Assembly (NCBI GenBank): GCA_963768225.1
Contig: CAVYGV010000005.1
Span: forward strand, 347,184 to 411,183
Length of the DNA: 64,000 nucleotides
DNA from: an uncultured Alphaproteobacteria bacterium
GTDB lineage: Bacteria; Pseudomonadota; Alphaproteobacteria; Rhizobiales; Xanthobacteraceae
Reading direction: 5' to 3'
Positions 52,817-62,653 of this stretch are shown here, in pieces. Below the pieces are notes generated by a model. That model had not been told where the DNA came from. It was given only the letters and a program-made list of their open reading frames with translations, and made no database searches. Position 1 is the stretch's first letter. Each line of letters begins with the position of its first letter. Position numbers and translations under genes: made by a program.

Positions 52817-53422
52817 ATGGCCTCACAGAACGATATGGTGGCCGAGCACTTTCGTCGCTCGTGCGAGACGCTGTCGCTCGCCGCCGAAGATGCGAAACTG
52901 CGCGCCGCTATCCATGCGATCGCCGATACGATCACGGATGCATTTCGCTCCGGCCATAAGCTCCTGATCGCCGGCAATGGCGGCAGCGCCGCCGACGCCC
53001 AGCACATCGCCGGCGAGTTTTTGTCGCGCTTGAATTTTGATCGCAATCCGCTGCCGGCAATCGCGCTGACCACCGACTCGTCGGTTCTCACCGCAATCGG
53101 CAACGATTACGGTTTCGATCGCACTTTCGAGCGCCAGGTTCGTGGGCTTGGCCAAAAGGGCGACGTGTTCATCGCCATCTCCACTTCGGGGCGCTCGCCG
53201 AACATCGTCGCGGCGCTGCAAACGGCGCGCGAGGCGGGGCTGACCACCATCGGCTTCACCGGAACCGCCGCCAACGGCATGATGCAGCCGCTATGCGATC
53301 ACTGTCTGGCCGCGCCATCGGCCGAGACCCCGCTGATCCAGCAAGTCCACATTGTGGCGGCGCACGCAATTTGCGGCCTGGTGGAGCGCAGTCTGTTCGG
53401 AGGCGGTTTAGCTTCGAGATGA
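52817..53422 (+). CDS. gmhA: D-sedoheptulose-7-phosphate isomerase (SIS domain)
   Basis: [23 protein letters not shown] and ISTSGRSPN motifs. Confidence 0.85.
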   Translation: MASQNDMVAEHFRRSCETLSLAAEDAKLRAAIHAIADTITDAFRSGHKLLIAGNGGSAADAQHIAGEFLSRLNFDRNPLPAIALTTDSSVLTAIGNDYGFDRTFERQVRGLGQKGDVFIAISTSGRSPNIVAALQTAREAGLTTIGFTGTAANGMMQPLCDHCLAAPSAETPLIQQVHIVAAHAICGLVERSLFGGGLASR

Positions 53423-53447
53423 GTATTGTATATATTTCAATATGTTA

Positions 53448-53493
53448 GAACGTTCATCATTTGAACATTGGGCTTGACGTTCACGCCGTGAAC
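53448..53493. promoter_or_regulatory. Cluster of GTTCA/TGAAC palindromes upstream of the wHTH regulator (candidate operator)
   Basis: GAACGTTC (53448-55). GTTCA-N5-TGAAC (53452-66). GTTCAC-GCC-GTGAAC (53479-93). They lie in an AT-rich spacer. Confidence 0.3.
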
Positions 53494-53527
53494 AATGTAC
53501 TCCTGGCGCTGGATGGGAGGTGATGCG

Positions 53528-54172
53528 ATGCCTTATGCGGCGCGCAACGAGGAAACGGACAACAGCCGGATCGTGCTCGGGCTGCTTGAATTGGTCGAGC
53601 GCGACGGCGCCCAGTCCCAGCGCAAGCTTGCCTCCGACCTCGGCATCGCGCTCGGCTTGGTGAACGCCTACCTCAACCGCTGCGTGAAAAAGGGTCTCCT
53701 GAAAATCGGCCAAGTCCCGCCGCGGCGCTATGCCTATTACCTGACGCCGCATGGATTTGCCGAGAAGTCGCGGCTCACGGTCGAGTATCTCTCCCGATCG
53801 TTCTCATTCTTCCGCAGCGCCCGCGAGGATTGCTCGTCCGTCCTTACGGCGGCGTATGCGCGCGGTTGGAACCGGATCGCACTGATAGGCGTCTCCGATC
53901 TTGCCGAAATCGCCATCATCTGCGCGCTCGAACAGGGCATTACGATTGCGGCGGTGGTGGACTCCAAATCCGAGAACTCTCGCTTCGTCGGCACTCCCAT
54001 CGTCAAGTCGATTGCGGCGGTGCCGGGAGGATTTGACGCCCTGCTGGTGACCGATCTCGAAGCGACGCGCGAATTGGTGAAGGCCGTGGCTGACCAACTC
54101 GATGCGGATCGCGTCCTGGTGCCCGCGTTGCTGGGAATACGGATTGATCGGACAACGGAGAGCGTCGCATGA
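53528..54172 (+). CDS. Winged-helix transcriptional regulator of the EPS-locus-associated MarR-like type
   Basis: SQRKLASDLGIALGLVNAYLNRCVKKGLLKI wHTH. C-terminal Rossmann-like part (RIALIGVSDLAEIA). Start taken at MPYAARN. Confidence 0.7.
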   Translation: MPYAARNEETDNSRIVLGLLELVERDGAQSQRKLASDLGIALGLVNAYLNRCVKKGLLKIGQVPPRRYAYYLTPHGFAEKSRLTVEYLSRSFSFFRSAREDCSSVLTAAYARGWNRIALIGVSDLAEIAIICALEQGITIAAVVDSKSENSRFVGTPIVKSIAAVPGGFDALLVTDLEATRELVKAVADQLDADRVLVPALLGIRIDRTTESVA

Positions 54173-54684
54173 CAACCGGACTGCATCCGCGCTGGTTCGT
54201 CGCTCACACCCATCCGCATGCCGAAGTCAAAGCGACGGCGCATCTCAATCGCCAGGGCTTTGAGATCTACTTCCCACGCTATTTGAAGCGGCGCCGGCAT
54301 GCCCGCCGCATCGAGACCGTCGCGGCGCCGCTGTTTCCCCGCTACCTCTTCGTCGCGGTCGATCTGGCGGCGCAGCGCTGGCGCTCGATCTACTCGACCA
54401 TCGGCGTCACCCGGCTCGTTTGCAATGGCGACGATCCTACCGCGGTGCCGGACGGCATTGTCGAGGCGCTGAAGAGTCGTGAGGATGCCAACGGCTTCAT
54501 CAAGCTCGACTGCCGGCCGCCGTTTCGCGCCGGTGACAAGATACGCGTGCTCGACGGCGCATTCACGTCCTGCCTCGGCCTGTTTGAGGGCATGGCGGAA
54601 CGGGAACGCATCGCGATTTTGCTCGATCTATTGGGCCGCAAGGTTCGCGTGGTGCTGGATGCGGATTTGGTCGCCGCGGCCTAG
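54169..54684 (+). CDS. NusG-family transcription antiterminator paralog (RfaH-like)
   Basis: WFVAHTHPHAEVKA..LFPRYLFV NGN domain. C-terminal KOW-like KIRVLDGAFTSCLGLFEG. ATGA overlap with the upstream regulator. Confidence 0.8.
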   Translation: MTTGLHPRWFVAHTHPHAEVKATAHLNRQGFEIYFPRYLKRRRHARRIETVAAPLFPRYLFVAVDLAAQRWRSIYSTIGVTRLVCNGDDPTAVPDGIVEALKSREDANGFIKLDCRPPFRAGDKIRVLDGAFTSCLGLFEGMAERERIAILLDLLGRKVRVVLDADLVAAA

Positions 54685-54783
54685 CCGCGGACTGGTTGCG
54701 GTCACGGAGCGAGTGCGCCAAGCGGTTTGCCCGAGGTGCTCTCGCACTGTGTGTGAGTTCGGGTGAGCTTGCCTCACCCGGAT

Positions 54784-54795
54784 TGCGGTAGCGTG
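54784..54795 (+). promoter_or_regulatory. ops-like element (RfaH recruitment site candidate)
   Basis: TGCGGTAGCGTG matches 11 of 12 positions of the E. coli ops GGCGGTAGCGTG. It is preceded by a perfect 7-bp hairpin GGGTGAG-cttgc-CTCACCC (54761-54779). Confidence 0.45.
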
Positions 54796-54825
54796 GATAA
54801 TTCGGCTGATAAGAGCGCGTATCTC

Positions 54826-56622
54826 GTGAATGCACATCGACAATTGTTCTTCGACCTGTCGCGACGCCTCGGCTGGCGCCTGCCGACGCTCATTGCGTTG
54901 ATGTCGATTGTCGGTCTCGGTGAAGGAATATCGGTCGCACTGCTGCTGCCGTTGCTGGGCCGCCTGGGTGTCACCGCCACGGTTAAAGCGGGAATGACGA
55001 ATAATTTGCTGGCCGCGGGCTTGTCACTGATTGCCGCGGCGACGCCGGCAGAGCTCCTCCTGGTTATTGTCGCGATTACCGTGGCGCATACGGCGCTTTA
55101 TATTGCGCTGAATTGGTGGATGACGCGATTGGCGCGGCATTATCAGAGCCAGCGTCAATCGGAATTATTCCGCTCCTGCGTTCGCGCCAACTGGAAATTC
55201 ATGGTCGGACGCAAGGCCGGTGAATTGACGAACGCCATCGTCAGCGAAAGCGAGCGGCTGGGTTTTGCATTCACTGCGCTGCTGACGATCACATCGACTG
55301 TGGTAGTCGTGCTTGTTTATTTCGCGCTGTCAATGATCATCGCGTGGCAGGTGATGCTGTGTCTCGCGGTATTCTCGGCATTGTGCGCAGCAGCGATGGC
55401 GCGGTTCTACGTTATGAGCTATGCGGCCGGTCAATTGCTCGCGCCGCTCAATGCCGAACTACAGTCGACGCTGAGCGAGCAATTCGCCGCCTTTAAGCTT
55501 ATCAAGGCGACCGGCAGCGAAGGCAGCGCCGCAGCCCGCGTCGATCCCCTGTTGGTGAAATTGGAACGGGCCAATGCGCTGGTCAGTTTTTTGCCGTATA
55601 TGGTGCGCGCGCTGTTCGAATGTCTCGGCATCGTCGGATTTTCGATCATTATCATCCTCGCCAGCAACGGCATGGGCGTGGCGATCGGCAATGTCGTCAT
55701 CGTTCTCATCCTCTTCGCGCGGCTGTTCCCGCGGATCACCATGCTGCAAGCGCAAGTGCATTTTTTGAACGGCCACATATCCTCTCTCGAAGTCGTCAAT
55801 CGGCTGCAATCGGCGGCCGAAGCGGCGGCGGAGCCGCGCGATGCTCGAAATGAGCCGCTGCACGTCGCCTTGCCGACCAGTTTGATCGTGCAGAATCTTG
55901 ATGTCAGCATTGACGGGCGCAAAATCCTCGATCGAGTTAACGTGAAACTGCCAATTCCGGGGATGCTCGCCGTTATCGGCAGTTCCGGCGCAGGAAAATC
56001 GACTCTCGTGCACGCGCTGCTTAGGCTGATCGAACCGAACGGCGGATCGATGCAGCTGGGACAATATGAATTTCGTTCCCAGTCTTTGAGCGCTTGGCGC
56101 GGCGTCATGGGTTACGTGCCGCAGGAAACGATTCTGTTTCATTCCACGATCCGAGAGAATTTGTTGGTTGCCAATGCAAATGCGTCGGATGCGGAGATCA
56201 AGATTGCGGTTCGCCGTGCGCATGCGCAGGAATTCATCGACGCATTGCCGGAAGGGCTCGACACCGGCATCGGCGACCAGGGCGTCAAGCTTTCCGGGGG
56301 TCAACGTCAACGGCTTGGCATCGCTCGAGCGTTGCTGACCAATCCAATTGTGCTGCTTCTCGACGAGGCGATGAGCGCTCTCGATGCCGAGTCCGAAGCA
56401 GAGTTGCTAGGCACTCTCCTGGAGCTTCGGCGGGAAATGGGGATCGTCATTGTTGCGCATCGACTTGCCGCCGTGCGGGCCGCCAACTCGATCTGCGTTA
56501 TCGAAGCGGGGAGGGTGGTCGAAGCGGGGACATGGGATGAATTGATGGCGCGAAGGGCACGGCTCTACGCGCTGGCCGAGTCGGACTCGATTGCCGACTC
56601 GCGTCCGATGGCCGCCCATTAG
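54826..56622 (+). CDS. ABC exporter, fused permease/ATPase (MsbA-like)
   Basis: Six-TM N-terminal domain. Walker A GSSGAGKST. Signature LSGGQRQR. Walker B LLLDEA. Start set at GVG 54826 because the ORF-track GTG at 54763 lies inside the leader hairpin. Confidence 0.85.
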   Translation: MNAHRQLFFDLSRRLGWRLPTLIALMSIVGLGEGISVALLLPLLGRLGVTATVKAGMTNNLLAAGLSLIAAATPAELLLVIVAITVAHTALYIALNWWMTRLARHYQSQRQSELFRSCVRANWKFMVGRKAGELTNAIVSESERLGFAFTALLTITSTVVVVLVYFALSMIIAWQVMLCLAVFSALCAAAMARFYVMSYAAGQLLAPLNAELQSTLSEQFAAFKLIKATGSEGSAAARVDPLLVKLERANALVSFLPYMVRALFECLGIVGFSIIIILASNGMGVAIGNVVIVLILFARLFPRITMLQAQVHFLNGHISSLEVVNRLQSAAEAAAEPRDARNEPLHVALPTSLIVQNLDVSIDGRKILDRVNVKLPIPGMLAVIGSSGAGKSTLVHALLRLIEPNGGSMQLGQYEFRSQSLSAWRGVMGYVPQETILFHSTIRENLLVANANASDAEIKIAVRRAHAQEFIDALPEGLDTGIGDQGVKLSGGQRQRLGIARALLTNPIVLLLDEAMSALDAESEAELLGTLLELRREMGIVIVAHRLAAVRAANSICVIEAGRVVEAGTWDELMARRARLYALAESDSIADSRPMAAH

Positions 56623-56637
56623 CCGAGCATCGCTGCC

Positions 56638-57579
56638 GTGTTGAATCATCGAACCCGAGATAGCAACTTGACTGACCGATTGCTGCCACCCGACCTGCGC
56701 CGCCTCGAAGCGGAAGCGATCTACATATTCCGCGAGGTGGCGGCTGAGTTTAAGAAGCCGGTCCTGCTCTATTCGATCGGCAAGGACTCTTCAGTCCTGC
56801 TACATCTTGCGCGCAAGGCCTTCTTTCCCTCGGCCTTGCCATTTCCGCTGCTGCATATCGATACCACGTGGAAATTCCGCGAAATGATCCGATTCCGAGA
56901 CGAGACGGCCGCGCGGCTTGGGCTCGATCTGATTGTGCACGTCAATCGCGACGGTGTGGCGCAAGGCATCAATCCGATCACCCACGGCTCGTCGTACTAC
57001 ACCCACGTCATGAAAACCGAGGCGCTCAAGCAGGGGCTGAGCCAATACGGTTTCGACGCCGCATTCGGTGGAGCGCGCCGCGACGAAGAGAAGAGCCGCG
57101 CCAAGGAGCGCGTCTTCTCATTCCGCTCGGCCGCTCATGTCTGGGATCCCAAGAACCAGCGGCCCGAACTGTGGCACATCTACAATTGCCGCGTCGCCGC
57201 GGGCGAATTGATCAGGGTTTTTCCGCTGTCCAATTGGACCGAGCTCGACGTTTGGCGCTATATCGAGCACCAGAAAATTCCGGTGGTGCCGCTTTATTTC
57301 GCGGCGCCGCGTCCTGTCGTGCAACGAAGCGGCGGTCTCATTGTCGTCGATGACGGACGCCTGCCGCTCGAGCCCGAGGAGCGGCCGGTTATCCGCACGG
57401 TACGGTTTCGCACGCTCGGCTGCTATCCGCTCACTGGCGCGATCGAATCCGGCGCCGCCACGGTCGCCGACATCGTCGAAGAAATGCAAGCCGCGGCGAC
57501 CTCCGAACGCGCCGGACGCTTGATCGATCACGACGAGGGCGATTCCATGGAGAAGAAGAAACGTGAAGGCTATTTCTGA
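56638..57579 (+). CDS. cysD: Sulfate adenylyltransferase subunit 2
   Basis: [30 protein letters not shown] (PP-loop). Full-length CysD pattern. Confidence 0.95.
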   Translation: MLNHRTRDSNLTDRLLPPDLRRLEAEAIYIFREVAAEFKKPVLLYSIGKDSSVLLHLARKAFFPSALPFPLLHIDTTWKFREMIRFRDETAARLGLDLIVHVNRDGVAQGINPITHGSSYYTHVMKTEALKQGLSQYGFDAAFGGARRDEEKSRAKERVFSFRSAAHVWDPKNQRPELWHIYNCRVAAGELIRVFPLSNWTELDVWRYIEHQKIPVVPLYFAAPRPVVQRSGGLIVVDDGRLPLEPEERPVIRTVRFRTLGCYPLTGAIESGAATVADIVEEMQAAATSERAGRLIDHDEGDSMEKKKREGYF

Positions 57580-59467
57580 TCCAAGCCTGGCGGTCGCCGC
57601 TGTTGCATCGGGTCCGTTCGCCGCCAAGCGCGACCAGCTCTGCGTTCTCACTTGCGGCTCCGTCGACGACGGCAAGTCGACGCTCATCGGCCGGCTTCTT
57701 CTCGATGCATCGCTCGTTTTCGACGATCACGTTGCGGCGCTGACACGCGATTCCAGGACGCATGGCACGGTCGCGGGCGATGTCGATCCCGCATTGCTCG
57801 TGGATGGGCTTGAGGCCGAACGCGAGCAGGGCATCACGATCGACGTCGCCTATCGCTATTTCGGCACGCCGCGGCGGCGCTTTATCGTGGCCGATACGCC
57901 GGGCCACAAGGACTACACGCGCAACATGGTCACCGGGGCGTCGACTTCGGATCTCGCGATCCTGTTGGTCGACGCGGAGAAAGGCCTTCTCGAACAGACG
58001 CGCCGGCATGCTTACCTGTGCTCGTTGCTAGGCATTCGCGATTTCATCCTCGTCGTGAACAAGATGGACCTGACCGGCTTCGACGAGCGCCGGTTCCTGG
58101 CCATTGCCGAAGCCTTTGCGCAATTCGCCGGCCGATTTGATGGCTGCCGCTTCGTCGCCATTCCAACGTCCGCGCTCTACGGCGACAACGTGGTGCAGAA
58201 GAGTGCGCGGATGCCGTGGTATCGCGGCGTCCCGCTCCTTGAATATCTGGAGACTATCGTAGTGAACGAGCCGCCAGGAGCGGTGCCGCTTCGGCTGCCG
58301 GTGCAATATGTCAATCGGCCGGATGCGAATTTCCGCGGTTATGCCGGAACGATCGCGTCCGGCGTGTTGCGGCAGGGCATGGAAATCGCGGTTCCGCGCA
58401 CCGGAGTGCGATCGCGCATCGCGCGCATCGTATCCATGGACGGCGATCTCGACGCCGCATCGGCCTCCGATGCCGTGACCGTCGTTCTGGCGGATGCCAT
58501 CGACGTATCGCGCGGCGATATTATCAGCTCCGTCGAAAAGCCGCCGCAGCGGGCCGATGCTGTGGCTGCGCATTTGATTTGGATGTCGGAAACGCCGCTC
58601 CTGCCCGGCCGGACCTATCTGCTCAAAGCCGGGGCACAAAGCGTGAGCGCCACCGTGACGGAGCTCAAATATCGCGTCGATATCGAAAATTTCGAGCATC
58701 TCGCCGCCAAAGAACTGCATCTCAACGAAATCGCGTTCGTCAATGTCGCCACCGCCGAGCCGATCGGCTTCGACCCCTACGACGAGAGCCGCGAGACCGG
58801 CGGGTTTATTCTGATCGACCGCCAAAGCAACGCCACGGTGGGCGCGGGCCTGATCCGCTTCGGGTTGCGCCGCTCCGCCAATACCTACTTTCAGGCCTTC
58901 GAAGTCACAAAGGCGGCGCGCGCGGGGCTGAATGCACAGCAGCCGGCGCTGCTCTGGTTCACCGGCCTGTCCGGCGCCGGTAAATCGACCATTGCCGACC
59001 AGTTGGAAAAGAAACTCCACGCGCTCGGCAAGCACACATTTGTGCTCGACGGCGACAATGTCCGCCATGGGCTCAATCGCGATCTCGGTTTCACCGAAGC
59101 CGACCGTGTCGAGAATATCCGCCGCGTCGCCGAAGTGGCGAAATTGTTCGTTGAGGCGGGCCTGATTACGCTGGTTTCCTTCATCTCGCCGTTCCGGGCG
59201 GAGCGCGAGCTGGCGCGCGAACTCGTCGGGCCGGGCGAATTCGTCGAAATTTTCGTCGACACGCCGTTGGAAACTTGCGAACGGCGCGATCCCAAGGGCC
59301 TGTATAAGAAAGCGCGACGGGGCGAGTTGCAGAATTTTACCGGAATCGATTCGGCCTACGAGCCGCCCGTCAATCCCGAATTGATCCTCGACGCGCTCAA
59401 CGAAAGCGCCGGCGACCTCGCCGACCGCATCATCGATTTCATGCAGCGGCGCGGCATGCTTTCGTGA
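57563..59467 (+). CDS. cysNC: Bifunctional sulfate adenylyltransferase subunit 1 / adenylylsulfate kinase (CysN-CysC fusion, NodQ-like)
   Basis: GTPase G1 [19 protein letters not shown]-terminal APS kinase P-loop GLSGAGKST. Confidence 0.95.
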   Translation: MKAISDPSLAVAAVASGPFAAKRDQLCVLTCGSVDDGKSTLIGRLLLDASLVFDDHVAALTRDSRTHGTVAGDVDPALLVDGLEAEREQGITIDVAYRYFGTPRRRFIVADTPGHKDYTRNMVTGASTSDLAILLVDAEKGLLEQTRRHAYLCSLLGIRDFILVVNKMDLTGFDERRFLAIAEAFAQFAGRFDGCRFVAIPTSALYGDNVVQKSARMPWYRGVPLLEYLETIVVNEPPGAVPLRLPVQYVNRPDANFRGYAGTIASGVLRQGMEIAVPRTGVRSRIARIVSMDGDLDAASASDAVTVVLADAIDVSRGDIISSVEKPPQRADAVAAHLIWMSETPLLPGRTYLLKAGAQSVSATVTELKYRVDIENFEHLAAKELHLNEIAFVNVATAEPIGFDPYDESRETGGFILIDRQSNATVGAGLIRFGLRRSANTYFQAFEVTKAARAGLNAQQPALLWFTGLSGAGKSTIADQLEKKLHALGKHTFVLDGDNVRHGLNRDLGFTEADRVENIRRVAEVAKLFVEAGLITLVSFISPFRAERELARELVGPGEFVEIFVDTPLETCERRDPKGLYKKARRGELQNFTGIDSAYEPPVNPELILDALNESAGDLADRIIDFMQRRGMLS

Positions 59468-60513
59468 CGCCGAACCATAAGCGCGCAGACCTGGCAACGT
59501 CGCAACATCCCGTCCTGATCACCGGCGCGGCCGGATTTATCGGTTTTGCACTGGCGCGGCGGCTGCTGGAAGGCGGTCGCGCAGTTATCGGGGTCGATAG
59601 CGTCAACGACTATTACGATCCCGCGCTCAAGGAGGCGCGGCTCGCGGTCTTGCGGCAATTTAACAACTTCATTTTTCACAAGCTCGATCTCGCCGATCGC
59701 AAAAGCAGCGACGCGTTATTTCATGACGGCGATTTCGGTCCGGTGGTGCATTTCGCTGCACAGGCGGGCGTGCGCTACTCGCTGCAAAACCCGCACGCCT
59801 ATCTCGACGCCAATCTCGCGGGCTTCCTCAACGTTTTGGAAGGCTGCCGTCATCGCCGCACCGAGCATCTCGTGTTCGCGTCATCGAGCTCAGTCTATGG
59901 CGCCAATACGCATTTGCCGTTTTCCGTACATGACAATGTGGATCATCCGATCAGTCTCTACGCCGCGACCAAAAAGGCGAACGAGCTGATGGCCCACGCC
60001 TACAGTCATCTCTACGAGCTGCCCGCGACCGGATTGCGGTTCTTCACCGTCTACGGTCCGTGGGGCCGACCGGATATGGCGATGTTCATCTTCGCCAAGG
60101 CTATTGCCGAAGGCCGGCCGATTAGATTGTTCAATTACGGCCGCATGCGGCGGGATTTCACTTATGTCGATGACGCCGTCGAGGCGGTCGAACGGGTCAT
60201 CTCCCGCGTGCCGCCGAGAACCGGCCCGCCGCCGGGCGGCGAACCCGATCCGGCCAGCAGCGCCGCGCCGTGGCGAATCTACAATATCGGCAACAACCGC
60301 ACGGTCGAGTTGCTGCGCGTCGTCGAACTGCTGGAGCAGGAATTCGATCGTAAGGCCAAGACCGAACTTGTACCGATGCAGCCCGGCGATGTCCCGGAAA
60401 CCTGCGCCGATGTCGACGACTTGATGCGCGACGTCGGTTTCCGCCCGTCGACGCCGATCGAACAAGGCGTGCACGATTTCGTCGCCTGGTATCGCGATTA
60501 TCACCGGCGGTGA
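59464..60513 (+). CDS. NAD-dependent nucleotide-sugar epimerase (UDP-glucuronate 4-epimerase-like)
   Basis: [14 protein letters not shown] Rossmann motif. [16 protein letters not shown] (YxxxK). GTGA overlap with cysNC. Confidence 0.85.
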   Translation: MTPNHKRADLATSQHPVLITGAAGFIGFALARRLLEGGRAVIGVDSVNDYYDPALKEARLAVLRQFNNFIFHKLDLADRKSSDALFHDGDFGPVVHFAAQAGVRYSLQNPHAYLDANLAGFLNVLEGCRHRRTEHLVFASSSSVYGANTHLPFSVHDNVDHPISLYAATKKANELMAHAYSHLYELPATGLRFFTVYGPWGRPDMAMFIFAKAIAEGRPIRLFNYGRMRRDFTYVDDAVEAVERVISRVPPRTGPPPGGEPDPASSAAPWRIYNIGNNRTVELLRVVELLEQEFDRKAKTELVPMQPGDVPETCADVDDLMRDVGFRPSTPIEQGVHDFVAWYRDYHRR

Positions 60514-60565
60514 CCACCCTGCAAGACGTTTCGCCGTCCCGCGCGCGCTGGATTATAATGACGCC

Positions 60566-62502
60566 ATGATGGGATTTTTGCGTAATCCGCGCCGCCTCCT
60601 GCTCGTCGTTCACGACCTCGTCGCCACGGCGCTGGCGATGCTGGTGACGCTCTATATTCGTTTCGGCGATGGCCAAAACGGCGGACTTGCGGTGCGCTAT
60701 CCTTGGCTTGCCGCCATTCTGCCGTGCTACCTCGTTTATGCCGGAATAATCTATTGGCATTTCCATCTCTCTATGGCGAAGTGGCGTTTCACGTCGCTGC
60801 CGGATTTGCGCAACATTTTTCGCGCGGTGACGGTGCTGGCGATTTCGCTGCTTGTGCTCGATTACATCCTGTTGCATCCGGCGCTGTATGGCACGTTCTT
60901 CTTCGGCAAGATCACCATCGCGCTGTATTGGTCGCTGCAGATGTTCTTTCTTGGCGGGCCGCGCATCGCCTATCGCCAATTTAGGCTGTCACGCACCCAG
61001 CACCGCGCTAAAGGTCCCGAGGCGATCCCAACGCTGATCGCGGGGCGCGCCGCGGATGCGGAGGTGCTGTTGCGCGCGGTCGAGAGCGGCGCTGTCAGGA
61101 ATGTACTTCCAGTCGGGATTTTTCGCCGTCTGCAGCCGATCAGTACCAGGAACTGCGCGACGTTCCAGTGCGCGGCTTCTTGACCGATCTTGAGTCGACC
61201 GTGGCGGCGTTGCAGTCGCAAGACATCCGCGTTGGGCGGCTGGTGTTGACGCCGAGCGCGCTTGAACCGGAGCTGCATCCGGAAACGATGCTGATGCAGG
61301 CGCGGCGGCTCGGTCTTGCCGCCAGCCGGATGCCTTCGCTCGGCGCCGGCGACGAGGCGTTGCGGCTGGCGTCGGTCAATGTCGAGGATTTGTTGCTCCG
61401 GCCCAGCGTCAAAATCGACTACGGACGGTTGCAGAGCTTCATCACGGGCAAGGCGGTGGTGGTCACCGGCGGCGGCGGATCTATCGGGGCCGAGATTTGC
61501 AGGCGCGTCGTCAATTTCCACGCCGGGCATCTCCTCGTGATTGAAAATTCGGAGCCGGCGCTTCACGCCGTGCTCGAACAACTCGCCGTTCAAACGAAAT
61601 CAACCGTCGTCGAGGGCCGCATTGCCGACGTTCGCGATCGCGAGCGAATCCTGCGGTTGATTTCGGATTTCAAGCCGAACCTCGTTTTTCATGCCGCGGC
61701 GCTCAAGCATGTGCCGTTGCTCGAGCGTGATTGGGACGAGGGGATCAAGACCAATGTCTTCGGATCGGTCAACGTCGCCGACGCCGCGCTCCATGCCGGC
61801 GCCGACGCCATGGTCATGATCTCGACCGACAAGGCAATCGAGCCGGTGTCCGTGCTTGGGGCCACCAAGCGGCTCGCCGAAATGTATTGCCAGGCTCTGG
61901 ATGCCGACCGCGGCGGCGGGCAGGTCAATGGCGGCAGGCCGCCAATGCGCATGATTGCCGTGCGGTTCGGCAATGTGCTCGCCTCCAACGGCTCGGTGGT
62001 GCCGAAATTCAAGGCGCAGATTGAAGCGGGCGGGCCGGTCACCGTAACCCATCCCGATATGGTGCGCTACTTCATGACGATCCGCGAAGCTTGCGACCTT
62101 GTCATTACCGCGGCGAGCCACGCGCTCAGCCCGCCGCGCTCGGATACGTCGGTGTATGTGCTCAATATGGGCCAACCCATCAAGATCGTCGATTTGGCCG
62201 AACGCATGATCCGTTTAAGCGGTCTCGAACCGGGACGCGACATCAATATTGTTTTCAGCGGCATTCGTCCCGGTGAACGGCTTAATGAGATTTTGTTCGC
62301 GGGCGATGAAGGCAGTTCCGAGATCGGCGTCGAAGGCGTTGTCGCCGCTAAACCGGTCTGTCCGCCGATTGCGGTCGTTCAAGGCTGGATCGCGAGGTTG
62401 CAGCGCGATCTCGAGGTCGGCAAGCGCGCCGAGATCTATGGTGTGCTGCGCGAGGCGGTGCCGAATTTCTGCGCCGAGACGGCATTGCCCGGCAAGCCAT
62501 GA
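60566..62502 (+). pseudogene. CapD/WbpM/PglF-like membrane-anchored nucleotide-sugar 4,6-dehydratase, split by a 1-nt frameshift
   Basis: N-terminal 4-TM part in ORF 60566..61183. The catalytic part (VVVTGGGGSIGAE, STDKA, ATKRLAE) is in ORF 61168..62502, one frame over. Adding one T to the T5 run at 61119-61123 restores ..PVGIFSPSAADQYQELRDVPVRGFL... Confidence 0.8.
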
Positions 62503-62653
62503 GCTGAAAGGACCGTGGGCGCGGCAGTCCGTCACAGACCGGGATTTCCACGCGCCATGGTTGCGAAATTGCTGTATCGTTGACGCCTCGGCATGGGGAA
62601 GCTCGCCGCCGCCTTGGCGCGGTACCGCGAGCGTTGCCGAGAGGGAGGACAAT

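Noticed and set aside
58028-59497. 489-aa minus-strand ORF antisense to cysNC
   Set aside because: cysNC carries GTPase and APS-kinase P-loops in the plus frame. The antisense translation is featureless.
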